Positions 35,717 to 44,587 of a stretch of DNA of 64,000 nt are shown in pieces. The stretch spans positions 57,361-121,360 of the forward strand of contig CAZTPX010000008.1 of NCBI GenBank assembly GCA_964615095.1, in the 5' to 3' direction. The first letter of the stretch is position 1. Each line of letters opens with the position of its first letter. The DNA is from an uncultured Planctomycetaceae bacterium (GTDB lineage Bacteria; Planctomycetota; Planctomycetia; Pirellulales; Thermoguttaceae). A program made the translations under genes and the position numbers. The notes under the pieces were generated by a model, which worked only from the letters and a program-made list of their open reading frames with translations, ran no database searches and was not told the DNA's origin.

Positions 35717-36865
35717 TTATGGTGCGGTGCAGAGGGGTTGAACAATTTCGGTCCATAGCGGCAGGAATTCCATCGCCGAGAAAACGCAATCTGTCGCCCG
35801 ATCATCTGGGTTTTCCAGGGCAATACGGCGCATTTCCGGCAGGAGTGAAACGAATATGCCGAAAAGGAAGGGGTCGAAGTGTTTGCTCCGCCCGGGTTCC
35901 ATGATTTCGATCGCGGCGTCTTCTCGCACGGCCTCGTGGTAGACGCGGTGGTGCGTCAAGGCGTCATAGACGTCGACGATCGCCAAGATCCGGGCCGACT
36001 CGGGGATCTGCAACCCTGTCAGCCCTAAGGGATAACCGCTCCCATCCCAACGTTCGTGGTGGGCCAGGGCGATTTCGTGGGCCATCTGCAGAATCGTCGA
36101 TCCCGACCCCTCGAGCATCCGCGCGCCGATGAGCGTGTGGGTTTTCATCACCTCGAACTCTTCCGGGGTGAGCTTGCCGGGTTTCTTCAGGATCGCGTCG
36201 GGAATGCCGATCTTGCCCAGGTCGTGCATGGGGGCGGCCAGGCGGATGTTCTGGACCTGCTCGGCCGGCCAGCCCAGCACTTCGGCGAACGCCTCGCAGT
36301 ACAGTCCGGTACGTTTGATGTGGGCGCCGGTCTCTTCGTCGCGGTAGCGCGAGGCACTGAGCAGGCGGAGGATGGTTTCTTCGTGGGCGCGGCGGATGGC
36401 CTGCATCTGTTCGCGGACCTTGGCCTCCAGGGTTGCCGTGTATTGCCGCCGCTCGAGGACCAGACTCCGCCGTTCCAGGGCCTTGCGGGCTTGAAGGAGC
36501 AGTTCGCCGGATTTGACCGGTTTGAGCAGATAGCCGTAGGCCCCCAGCGTCATGGCCTCGACGGCCGCGGCGGTTTCTTCCAGCGCGGTCAGCACGAGGA
36601 CTTCCGTATCGGGCCAGCGCTGCTTGATTTGCGAGAGAACCTCCAAGCCGGAGCGGTCGGGCACGGTAATGTCGAGCGTAAGCAGATGGGCTTCCTGGCT
36701 TTGCAGTCGGGCCATCGCGTCGCTGGCGCTGGCCGCCTCCTCGCACTCGAATCCGGCCCGGGTCAGCCAGCGGCAGACCGTCGTCCGCGCATGCGCTTCG
36801 TTGTCGACCACCAACACGCGCGGCGCGACTTTCTTGCGATTTAGATGGCCTATAACTTCAGCCAT
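35717..36865 (-). CDS. response regulator with HD-GYP phosphodiesterase output domain (RpfG-like)
   Basis: The in-frame ATG at 36865 gives MAEVIGHLNRKKVAPRVLVVDNE.... Receiver motif LLTLDITVPDRSG...LVLTA...YLLKPV. HD-GYP motifs HIKRTGLY, APMHDLGKIGIPD and HHERWDGSGYP. Confidence 0.85.
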   Translation of the reverse strand: MAEVIGHLNRKKVAPRVLVVDNEAHARTTVCRWLTRAGFECEEAASASDAMARLQSQEAHLLTLDITVPDRSGLEVLSQIKQRWPDTEVLVLTALEETAAAVEAMTLGAYGYLLKPVKSGELLLQARKALERRSLVLERRQYTATLEAKVREQMQAIRRAHEETILRLLSASRYRDEETGAHIKRTGLYCEAFAEVLGWPAEQVQNIRLAAPMHDLGKIGIPDAILKKPGKLTPEEFEVMKTHTLIGARMLEGSGSTILQMAHEIALAHHERWDGSGYPLGLTGLQIPESARILAIVDVYDALTHHRVYHEAVREDAAIEIMEPGRSKHFDPFLFGIFVSLLPEMRRIALENPDDRATDCVFSAMEFLPLWTEIVQPLCTAP

Positions 36866-37185
36866 GAAACAATTCCGTAACAATTGCCGTCCCGGAAACC
36901 ATACCCTATAGAAAGTGCGCTGGGCAACCAATTGCGACAGAATTGCCTCGTTCCGGTAGCGGTGGGACCGATTGTAACGAATGCAGGGTAGCGGGAAATC
37001 ATTGTCTCCTCCGATCATCGGCGGAGCTGCGCTGCGCTTGTTCGCGGCCTGCATGTATGGCGGTGCGGCCATGCTTGCGCGGATGTTCTCCGCAGATCGC
37101 CGAACAGATTTCTTGCAAAAACGGAAAAATCTGCTAGTCTGAGGGGTGAACGTGGGGCAAGAAGGTTCTTTTCTGGGGGACGACA

Positions 37186-38289
37186 ATGGCTTTCAAGACA
37201 ATCGTGCGAAGTATGTTGGCGGCGGCCCTGGCGGCTGCGGCCGTAACGGCCCAGGCCGACACGGTCAATATGACCATGGTGACCGTGGGCGATCCGGGCA
37301 ACGTGGCGGATACGAACCAGCACAGTGGCGGCGACAATCCTACCGGCGAGGTCGACTACATCTATCAGATTGGCAAGTACGACGTGACCAACAATCAGTA
37401 TGCGACGTTTCTCAACGCCGTCGCCACCAGCGGCGACCCCTACGGGTTGTGGAACAGCAGCATGCAAAGCGACGCCAATGGCGGCATCGACTGCACAGGC
37501 AGCGGCCCTTACACGTATGCCGTGAAGGTCGGCCAAGGGAATCAGCCGGTGGTGGATGTAAGCTTCTACGATGCCGTGCGTTTTGTGAATTGGCTCAGCA
37601 ACGGCCAGCCGACCGCGCCTGAAGGCAACGGCACGACTGAGACGGGTACCTATCTGATCACGAATGGCGGCAACAACTCGGGGACAGTCGCGATTCCCAG
37701 TGCCGCCCAACGCGCCGTTTGGGCCGCCAGCAACACGGGTGTCCAATGGCTCTTGCCCAGCGAGAACGAATGGTATAAGGCTGCGTACTATGTTGGCGGC
37801 GGCACGAACGCCGGGTACTGGACCTATCCGACCTGCAGCAACACGGCCCCGATTTCCCAGGCGCCTCCGGGCGGGACGAACTCGGCGAACTTCGACGGCG
37901 ACGGTACGGGCTTTGCTTTGACCGGCTCGTCAACCTATTCGGCGACATTCGACTACCTGACGGACGTGGGCGCTTATAGCGATACCGTCAGCCCCTACGG
38001 GGCGTGCGACATGGGCGGCGACGTCTGGCAATGGAACGAGGCCGACATCAATGGCGACGGTTCGACGCGCGGCATCCGCGGCGGGTCCTTCGATAACGAC
38101 GCGGTGCGCCTGGCCTCGACCTACGATACCGACATCGGCTACGCGGCGGACGAGTTCGACGATACCGGTTTCCGCGTGGCAAGTGTGGGCACGGTTCCCG
38201 AGCCTGCCAGCATAGCGCTGTTGCTCGCGGGCGCTGTGGCGTTGGGGGCCTGGCGACTGCGCCGGGCGTCCGCTGCGCTAAAGCAGTAG
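37186..38289 (+). CDS. FGE-sulfatase (SUMF1-like) domain protein with C-terminal PEP-CTERM sorting signal
   Basis: Signal peptide MAFKTIVRSMLAAALAAAAVTAQA. YQIGKYDVTNNQYATFLN, VSFYDAVRFVNWL and IRGGSFDN (FGE-like). VPEPASIALLLAGAVALGAWRLRR (PEP-CTERM). Confidence 0.75.
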   Translation: MAFKTIVRSMLAAALAAAAVTAQADTVNMTMVTVGDPGNVADTNQHSGGDNPTGEVDYIYQIGKYDVTNNQYATFLNAVATSGDPYGLWNSSMQSDANGGIDCTGSGPYTYAVKVGQGNQPVVDVSFYDAVRFVNWLSNGQPTAPEGNGTTETGTYLITNGGNNSGTVAIPSAAQRAVWAASNTGVQWLLPSENEWYKAAYYVGGGTNAGYWTYPTCSNTAPISQAPPGGTNSANFDGDGTGFALTGSSTYSATFDYLTDVGAYSDTVSPYGACDMGGDVWQWNEADINGDGSTRGIRGGSFDNDAVRLASTYDTDIGYAADEFDDTGFRVASVGTVPEPASIALLLAGAVALGAWRLRRASAALKQ

Positions 38290-38417
38290 GCCGCGAACAA
38301 GCGCGCAGTTCCGGCAATCCGTGTTTCCTCAGGAGCTCTTCATCCGCCGCGACGTCGCGCAATTCCTTTGTCGCACTGGCGATCCTTGCCGGAACTGCGT
38401 TGCGCTTGTTCGCGGCC
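38289..38417. repeat. inverted repeat with ~29-32-bp arms (ggccgcgaacaagcgcgcagttccggcaa ... ttgccggaactgcgttgcgcttgttcgcggcc)
   Basis: Arms pair apart from a 3-nt indel. A third half-copy, ctgcgctgcgcttgttcgcggcc, lies at 37027-37052. Confidence 0.75.
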
Positions 38418-38500
38418 TACATCTTGCGAAAGCGGCCCGCTCGTGCGAGAATCGGGGCGTTTCCGTGATTCAACTCGATGTGCTTGATCGGAGAGATCCT

Positions 38501-40564
38501 GTGCGTCATTCTTCCGCCGCTGTGGCCGCCGCGCTGATATGCTGCGCCTTCTTGACATGCCTCCCGCAAACGATCAACGCCGCGGAAAAGGCGGCCCAGG
38601 ACAAAGGCGGCGCGCTCGAGGAGAAAAACGAGCTGCGCAAATGGGTGGGCATGACCCTGCCTGGCGAGGCTGCCGCCGTCTGCCCCTTCAGCTTGACCTA
38701 TGACGGCAATCCTTCCGCGAAACTCCTCAGCCAATGGGAGCGGATCGCGCGCAACCTGTCAGCCGTCAGCGGCAAGGAGCGGCGCGTCACCACCTGGACA
38801 GACAAGCGGACCGGGTTGGAGATCACCTGCGAAATGACGTTGTTCACCGATTTTCCGGCCGTCGAGTGGTTGCTGCGACTAAAGAACACCGGGACCCAGC
38901 CGACGCCGATCCTGGAAAACATCCGGCCGCTTGATATGACCCTGCCCCTGGACGATCGCGGACCGATCGTGTTCCATCACGCCAAGGGCAGCAACTCCGC
39001 GGCGGATGATTACATGACCATCGATACACCGCTGGCAGCCGGCCAAGGCATCGCGATCCCCGCCGCCGGCCAACGCGCGCAGACGTATTTGCCGTATTTC
39101 AATATCGAGACGCAACGCGGCGGACTGGTCGGGGCCATCGGCTGGACGGGCCAGTGGGCACTCAGCGTCCAACGGCAAGGCGAGCGCACGGCCGTCGTCC
39201 AGGCAGGTCAAAAGACGACACATCTGAAACTCCTACCCGGCGAATCGATCCGCACGCCCCGCATCCTGCTGGTGCGCTGGCGAGGATCTGACCGCATGCG
39301 GGGGCATAACCTGCTGCGGCGAGTTCTGCTGGCACACTACGTCCCCCGCGTGGAAGGCCGCGTGGCCACCCCGCTCCTGACACAGAACATGTGGGAGGTG
39401 TTCGACTCGGGCAACGCCACCACCGAGCAGAACCAGCTTGAGGCCATCGCCCGCATGCCGTCCATGAATCTTGAAGGATACTGGTTGGACGCGGGCTGGT
39501 TCGAGGGCGGCTGGCCCAACGGGGTCGGAAGTTGGATGCCGCGGACGGACCACTTTCCCCGCGGGTTGCGGCCCCTGGGCGACGCCGCGCACAAGGCGGG
39601 ACTGAAGTTCGTCCTCTGGTTCGAGCCGGAACGCGTGGCCGACGGCAGCCGCATCGCCCGCGAGCACCCCGGCTGGCTGCTGGCGCGGAAGGACAAGGAA
39701 GAGATTGAGATCCCCGGCCGGCTCTTCAACCTGGGCAACCCGGAGGCCCGCCGCTGGCTCACCGATTTCCTCTCGCAATGCATTACAGACTGGGGCGTGG
39801 ACGTCTACCGCCAGGACCGCAACTTCTATCCCTACCGCTTCTGGCGTGACGCGGATGTAGCCGACCGCCAGGGCATCACGGAGATCCGCCATGTGCAGGG
39901 TCTGTACGAAATGTGGGATGAACTGCTCCGCCGCCACCCGGGCCTGATCATCGACAACGCGAATTGGCGGGGCACGGGTCCCGACCTGGAGATGGTGATG
40001 CGCTCGGCCGGCTCCTGGACCTCCAGCGAGGCCGCCCAGGGCGGCGCAAACCGCGTGTTCAACCAGGTGCAGATGGCCGGCTTGAGCCTCTACGTGCCGA
40101 TCCACGCCTCGCTGCTGTGGGGGACCGATCCTTATTCGGTGCGGAGTGTCGCCCGCTTCGGCACGAGTATCTCCTACGACACCCGCCCGGCAAGCTTCTC
40201 GGTACCCGAGATGAAGCAGGCCGGCGAGGAGATCCGCTCGCTTCGTCCTCTTTACCTGGGCGACTATTATCCGCTGACCGCGGTAGACCTCGACGAGCAG
40301 CACTGGTGCGGCTGGCAATTCGACCGCCCGGACCTGGGCCAGGGCTTTGCCATGTTCTTTCGCCGCCCGGCAAGTCCTGACGCCGCCTATGACGCGCATC
40401 TGAGCGCCCTGGAGCCGGAGGCCCAGTACGACGTGAGTTTTGCCGAGACGTATCAGGTGAAGGAAAAACGCCACATGACGGGGCGGCAGTTGGCTTCTCT
40501 GCACATCGAGATAGATCAAAGGCCTGGCAGCATCCTGATCCGCTATGCGAGGGAAAAAAGATAA
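38501..40564 (+). CDS. GH36-like alpha-galactosidase family protein, secreted
   Basis: Track ORF starts at GTG 38321 but runs through the inverted repeat. The in-frame GTG at 38501 (GGAGAG 5 nt upstream) gives the signal peptide (M)RHSSAAVAAALICCAFLTCLPQTINA. Motifs YWLDAGWFEG and GLKFVLWFEPERV. Start uncertain. Confidence 0.6.
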   Translation: MRHSSAAVAAALICCAFLTCLPQTINAAEKAAQDKGGALEEKNELRKWVGMTLPGEAAAVCPFSLTYDGNPSAKLLSQWERIARNLSAVSGKERRVTTWTDKRTGLEITCEMTLFTDFPAVEWLLRLKNTGTQPTPILENIRPLDMTLPLDDRGPIVFHHAKGSNSAADDYMTIDTPLAAGQGIAIPAAGQRAQTYLPYFNIETQRGGLVGAIGWTGQWALSVQRQGERTAVVQAGQKTTHLKLLPGESIRTPRILLVRWRGSDRMRGHNLLRRVLLAHYVPRVEGRVATPLLTQNMWEVFDSGNATTEQNQLEAIARMPSMNLEGYWLDAGWFEGGWPNGVGSWMPRTDHFPRGLRPLGDAAHKAGLKFVLWFEPERVADGSRIAREHPGWLLARKDKEEIEIPGRLFNLGNPEARRWLTDFLSQCITDWGVDVYRQDRNFYPYRFWRDADVADRQGITEIRHVQGLYEMWDELLRRHPGLIIDNANWRGTGPDLEMVMRSAGSWTSSEAAQGGANRVFNQVQMAGLSLYVPIHASLLWGTDPYSVRSVARFGTSISYDTRPASFSVPEMKQAGEEIRSLRPLYLGDYYPLTAVDLDEQHWCGWQFDRPDLGQGFAMFFRRPASPDAAYDAHLSALEPEAQYDVSFAETYQVKEKRHMTGRQLASLHIEIDQRPGSILIRYAREKR

Positions 40565-40565
40565 T

Positions 40566-40900
40566 AAATCCGAAATCCGAATGTCGAAATCCGCGACCCG
40601 CAAGCGGGTACCCCGATTCAAAATCAGAATTGCAAAGGTTCAAAACATCGAGACCCTGGCGGCAGTACGGGCTTTCTACGCGGTCACGCGGAGACCGGGA
40701 TCACGAAATCTCGAAAGACCGAAGATACGAAAGGGAGATTGGCTGAACGTAGACCTTCGCCAAGGCCCGGCTCCGCTCGTGCTTTCGTATTTTCGGAAGT
40801 TCGTGATTCAGTCTTCGTTTTGAGCCTTTGAGTTTTCTCATTTGAATCGGGGTACCCGCTTGCGGGTCGCGGATTTCGATATTCGTATTTCGTATTTCCT
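40566..40900. repeat. ~330-bp foldback (MITE-like) element with 39-bp perfect terminal inverted repeats
   Basis: 40584-40622 (tcgaaatccgcgacccgcaagcgggtaccccgattcaaa) is the exact reverse complement of 40841-40879. The arms extend imperfectly outward into cgaaat repeats. Internal arms gatcacgaaatctcgaaag.../...ctttcgtattttcggaagttcgtgattc also pair. No ORF. Confidence 0.85.
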
Positions 40901-40912
40901 TCCCGTCGGGAC

Positions 40913-42493
40913 CTAATTGTCCGCAAGCACTGTTCCCGGGTGTTTTGCCGGGTCGATCGAGACGTGCGTGGCAAACCCACGGATGGTGTTCTGTGAAATG
41001 GTGTGCCCGCCGCGGTTCGGCGCTCGCGGCGAGGCCACGAAAATGCCGACCGCCCCGGCCGAGCCAGAGAGCGTGTTACCGCTGATCGTCGAGCCGTCGC
41101 AGAGCGGCGTCACGATCACCATACCATTGCCCGAACCCATCGCCAGCCTATTGTTCCGGATCGTGAGCGATTGGGGGAGTGGGCCTTCGGCGTGAATTCC
41201 CACACCCGAGCCTTTCACCTCGATGGTATTGCCCATGACAACGGTGTCTTGGGCGAACAGGCCCAGGCAGGCGTTGCCATCGGCCTGGCAGGAAACGGTG
41301 TTGTCGACGATCCTGATCTTGCCGACATAGGGCGCATAGTCGTCCGGTGCTGAATAATCGGCGATCAGGCTGCCGAAGCCGCCGCCGCCGGTGAGGTTGC
41401 CGCCCTCGACGCGGTTGTCGCGGAATTCGATGTCCAAGCCGCCAATGAAAAGTCCAGCCGTGGTGTGCTTGTCGGGGTGCAGCGTGAAACGGTTCTTTGT
41501 GAATTTCCAGCGGGCCGCGTATTCGCCCATGCCCGTTTGCCGCACCTGGATCGTGTTGCCTTCGAAGCAGCCATTCTGGCTGTTTCGCTGGGCTAGCTCG
41601 AGGATGGAAAACGACGGACCGACACAGGTAATGAGATTCCCACTGAAGCGGAAACCGTTTAGCGTGTTCAAGTTCAGCCCGGTGACGTTGCCGCCGCCGA
41701 CCGAGCAATCGATGAGGAACTGGTTGTTCTCAGCCGTAAAACCGAAGATCTCCGATACCGCCAGCGGTTCCGTGCCTTGCACGACGAGGTTCTTGATGGC
41801 GACATTAGTCGTCGCCAGAGCGGTCACCTTGGCGAGCAAAGGGGTTGCGAACGAACGTGCCAGGGTGGTTTTCAGAGCCAAGACACCTGTCGCAACATCC
41901 ACGGAAACCACTTGGGATGTTTCCGTAGGGATGACATCGCCGGTCGCCCGGGCGTAGATCGCCACGTAATCACCATGGGCAAAATGCGCGGCATCCTGGA
42001 ACCTGGCGAAGGTCACCGTGGCGGTGTCGGCCTTCGTTGGCCGTAGCGCATAGAAACCGCCGTTGTGGGCCGTGCTCTGGAAACGGACCGTGGCGTAATC
42101 CGGGCCGACGGCGAGCACCGTATTGCGGACCTCGGTCGCTCGTGGCAGGAGCGCGTGCCGGCCCTTGGGGCCTTGCAGAAGCTTAGCGCCCGGTTGGCCA
42201 GAGAGCGTCACATTGGAACCGACGAGGAGATTGTAAAAGAACCAAGGATGGCTGCTGGGATAGTGTGAATTGAGAAGATACGTGCGTGCCGGGAAGTAGA
42301 CAGTGCCGCCAGCGGCGGCCTTCGCCGCGTTGATGGCCTGTTGGATCGCAGGCGTGTCGTCGGCGCTGCCGTCGCCGACGGCCCCGTAGGCGGTGACGTC
42401 GAAGGTATTTTCACGCGCCGCCAAGGCCGGAATCGACGTTTGCATGCAGGGGATCAGAGCGAGCAGGATGGCATAAGACGATAGGCGGAACAT
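40913..42493 (-). CDS. secreted right-handed beta-helix protein (pectate-lyase superfamily)
   Basis: The in-frame ATG at 42493 (GGAGA RBS) gives the signal peptide MFRLSSYAILLALIPCMQTSIPALAA. FDVTAYGAVGDGSADDTPAIQQAINAAKAAAGGTVYFPARTYLL is the typical N-terminal cap. Repeated G-N-x-I beta-helix rungs follow. Confidence 0.7.
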   Translation of the reverse strand: MFRLSSYAILLALIPCMQTSIPALAARENTFDVTAYGAVGDGSADDTPAIQQAINAAKAAAGGTVYFPARTYLLNSHYPSSHPWFFYNLLVGSNVTLSGQPGAKLLQGPKGRHALLPRATEVRNTVLAVGPDYATVRFQSTAHNGGFYALRPTKADTATVTFARFQDAAHFAHGDYVAIYARATGDVIPTETSQVVSVDVATGVLALKTTLARSFATPLLAKVTALATTNVAIKNLVVQGTEPLAVSEIFGFTAENNQFLIDCSVGGGNVTGLNLNTLNGFRFSGNLITCVGPSFSILELAQRNSQNGCFEGNTIQVRQTGMGEYAARWKFTKNRFTLHPDKHTTAGLFIGGLDIEFRDNRVEGGNLTGGGGFGSLIADYSAPDDYAPYVGKIRIVDNTVSCQADGNACLGLFAQDTVVMGNTIEVKGSGVGIHAEGPLPQSLTIRNNRLAMGSGNGMVIVTPLCDGSTISGNTLSGSAGAVGIFVASPRAPNRGGHTISQNTIRGFATHVSIDPAKHPGTVLADN

Positions 42494-42553
42494 CAGTATT
42501 CTCCGGGAAATGGGGATCAATGAAGTTATCTATCGGGAAAGTTGGCAGCCGTA

Positions 42554-42627
42554 GGGTGGGCCGAGTAACACGAGTCCCACCAGATTCCGTATCGAATTTG
42601 GTGGGACTCGTGTTGCTCGGCTCACCC
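42554..42627. repeat. REP-like palindrome with ~28-bp arms (gggtgggccgagtaacacgagtcccacc ... ggtgggactcgtgttgctcggctcaccc)
   Basis: Arms are complementary with 2 mismatches and an 18-nt loop. Confidence 0.8.
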
Positions 42628-42758
42628 TGCAACTCGGCATGCTCTACGACTACCGTCAAGAGTGCCGTCGCAACCCCTTGCCCCGCAAAGGGTTCGATGC
42701 TGACTTCCCGCGCGAGGAACTCGTGCGACTCCCCTAATCTTGCAAGAATCTTTGCCAT
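42628..42758 (-). pseudogene. possible GNAT acetyltransferase remnant (motif A only)
   Basis: Part of track ORF 42411..42758. HEFLAREVSIEPFAGQGVATALLTVVVEHAELQG resembles GNAT motif A. The N-terminal two thirds of a GNAT are missing, and the reading frame runs straight into the REP palindrome. Confidence 0.3.
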
Positions 42759-42852
42759 ATGGCAAGATGATCAAAGTTCACTGCTTATTTGCGTGTGCAT
42801 TACGGGCGGCGTCGATCCTCGCCGATCATCAGAAACCTCTGGGGAGTTTGTC

Positions 42853-43179
42853 ATGCACGATCATCAAGACGCGTTGGAAGTCTATAGCCGCGGGTTGGAG
42901 TATCTCGACTACAACGAACCCGACCAGGCCATTCTCGCCTTCACGGAGGCCTTGCACCTCAACCCCCAGCACGTACACGCTTATTTTGCCCGCGGCTGCG
43001 CCTGGGCCGAGCGCGGCAACCTGGAAAAGGCGATCGCCGATTACAACGAGGCCCTGCGGCTGGACCCCAACTATGCCGCGGCCTACAGCAACCGCGCCGC
43101 GGCCTTGACGCGATTGGGCAACGCCAAGGCCGCTGCCGCCGACCTGGAACGCTGCCGCACGTTGAAGAACGTAGTCTAA
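42853..43179 (+). CDS. small TPR-repeat protein, 108 aa
   Basis: In-frame ATG at 42853 with GGGGAG upstream. AILAFTEALHLNPQHVHAYFARGCAWAERGNLEKAIADYNEALRLDPNYAAAYSNRAAALTRLGN gives two to three canonical TPRs. Confidence 0.7.
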   Translation: MHDHQDALEVYSRGLEYLDYNEPDQAILAFTEALHLNPQHVHAYFARGCAWAERGNLEKAIADYNEALRLDPNYAAAYSNRAAALTRLGNAKAAAADLERCRTLKNVV

Positions 43180-43383
43180 AAAGCCGTTCCAGGGTCGATT
43201 TCAGAACGATCGACCCGCTACCTGCCCCAGGAATTGTTTCCCCTGGCTACCAAACCGGCTAGTGGCTGACCTAGTGGAGATTGGAATTTCTTAGAGGACC
43301 GGTTGGCAGCCAAGTGCGTAGAATGAATTAGGCCCTGCGATGTTTTCCCAGCAGGGGCAAAGCACTTTAGAAAGGTTACAGCC

Positions 43384-44523
43384 ATGTCAAAACTAATGAT
43401 ATTCGGTAGGGCGTCGTTTATCGCCCTGGTGATTGTCGCGATGTGCGCGGGTGTGTCGTTTGCCCGCGGGGGCGGAGGAGGTCATGGAGGTGGTGGCGGA
43501 GGCCACGGAGGTGGTTGGGGCGGAGGTGGCGGTAGAGGATGGGGTGGAGGCGGTGGCGGGCGTTCATTCAGCTACGGATCCGCATACCGTGGCGGTGGAT
43601 TCGCACATGCCGGGACGGCGGCCTTTGCGGCCAATCGCGGCGTCAATTCGTTCGCCGCACGGAATGTTTACGGCAACTACTTCGGCCACGGCTATTATGG
43701 TCACGGCTATGGCGGCTGGGGTTGGGGTGGTTGGGGATGGGGCGCCCTGGCTTGGGGATTGCCTTGGTACGGCGGCTGGGGTTGGGGCGGCGGGTATTAT
43801 CCGTACGCCTACGATTACGACTACGCGTATCCGGACTTAGGCGGTTATTACTATACCTACGCGCCCGCCACCTATGACGACACGGGCGCTGTCGTGGGTT
43901 CCGGCATGACGCCTCCCCAGCAGATCCCGGAGGCAATGGCGATGACCCCTACGAGCACGGGCCAAGACGACGTGGCCAATGAAGCCATGCAGTTCTATTC
44001 GGAAGCGCGAACGGCCTTCCAGCAGGGCGATTACCAGAAGGCCCTGCGACTGGCCAGCCACTCCGCCGTGGATGCGCAAGGCAACGCCAAGGTCCACGAG
44101 TTGATCTCCCTATGCCTGTTTGCCTTGAAGAACTATCCGGCCGCGGCCAGCGAAGCGCATGCCGCCATGGCCTTGGGACCGATCGCCGAGTGGAAGGACC
44201 TCTTCGCTTTTTACAGTGACCCGGCCAACAGCACGCCGGAGATGACCAGCCTGGAAGCTGCGAAGTACACCAACCAGTTGCGTGCCCTGGAGAAGGCAAC
44301 GACCGACGATCCCAAGTCCGCCGCGGACCATTTCCTGCTGGGCTATCACTACTTGATGACCGGCGCACGCGACAATGCGAAGCTGCAGTTCGTGGACGCG
44401 GCAAAGCTGACGCCGAAAGACAAGCTTGCCGCCTACTACCTCAAGGCACTGGAGTCCAACGGGCCGATCACGCCGCCCAAGATCGCCACCAAACCCCAGG
44501 GTGGTGAATCGATGGAACGGTAG
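43384..44523 (+). CDS. secreted Gly/His/Trp/Tyr-rich protein with conserved TPR-like C-terminal domain (paralog 1)
   Basis: Signal/anchor MSKLMIFGRASFIALVIVAMCAGVSFARG. Then GGGGHGGGGGGHGGGWGGGGGRGWGGGGGG...GYGGWGWGGWGWG...YYPYAYDYDYAYPD. C-terminal ~200 aa is collinear with 52040..53098 and 53187..54515. Confidence 0.75.
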   Translation: MSKLMIFGRASFIALVIVAMCAGVSFARGGGGGHGGGGGGHGGGWGGGGGRGWGGGGGGRSFSYGSAYRGGGFAHAGTAAFAANRGVNSFAARNVYGNYFGHGYYGHGYGGWGWGGWGWGALAWGLPWYGGWGWGGGYYPYAYDYDYAYPDLGGYYYTYAPATYDDTGAVVGSGMTPPQQIPEAMAMTPTSTGQDDVANEAMQFYSEARTAFQQGDYQKALRLASHSAVDAQGNAKVHELISLCLFALKNYPAAASEAHAAMALGPIAEWKDLFAFYSDPANSTPEMTSLEAAKYTNQLRALEKATTDDPKSAADHFLLGYHYLMTGARDNAKLQFVDAAKLTPKDKLAAYYLKALESNGPITPPKIATKPQGGESMER

Positions 44524-44587
44524 CTCGATTTGCGTGAACCCGTCTTTCGTTGCAGCGTGGCGTGCAGCGGCAGGAGCGGTGTACTTG

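Noticed and set aside
39233-40621. 462-aa minus-strand ORF. Similar long shadow ORFs: 46750..48345 (+), 18833..20101 (-), 32198..33778 (+), 55777..57240 (+), 58659..59819 (-), 22187..23131 (+)
   Set aside because: Each lies antisense to a gene with recognisable domains (GH36-like, TolC-like, BamA, glycoside hydrolase, kinase/regulator, RND, YTV-like). Each has Arg/Gly/His-rich junk composition.
43184-43320. Module-like arrangement upstream of paralog 1: ccgttcc..., caggaatt at +44, and TTGGCAGCCAAGTGC about 120 nt downstream
   Set aside because: The GG-to-GC spacing is 9 nt, not 10. The 'UAS' is not palindromic and overlaps a hairpin (gggtcgat...atcgaccc) that looks like the terminator of the TPR gene. 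The resemblance is probably coincidental. It would be worth re-checking only if transcript mapping shows a start here.
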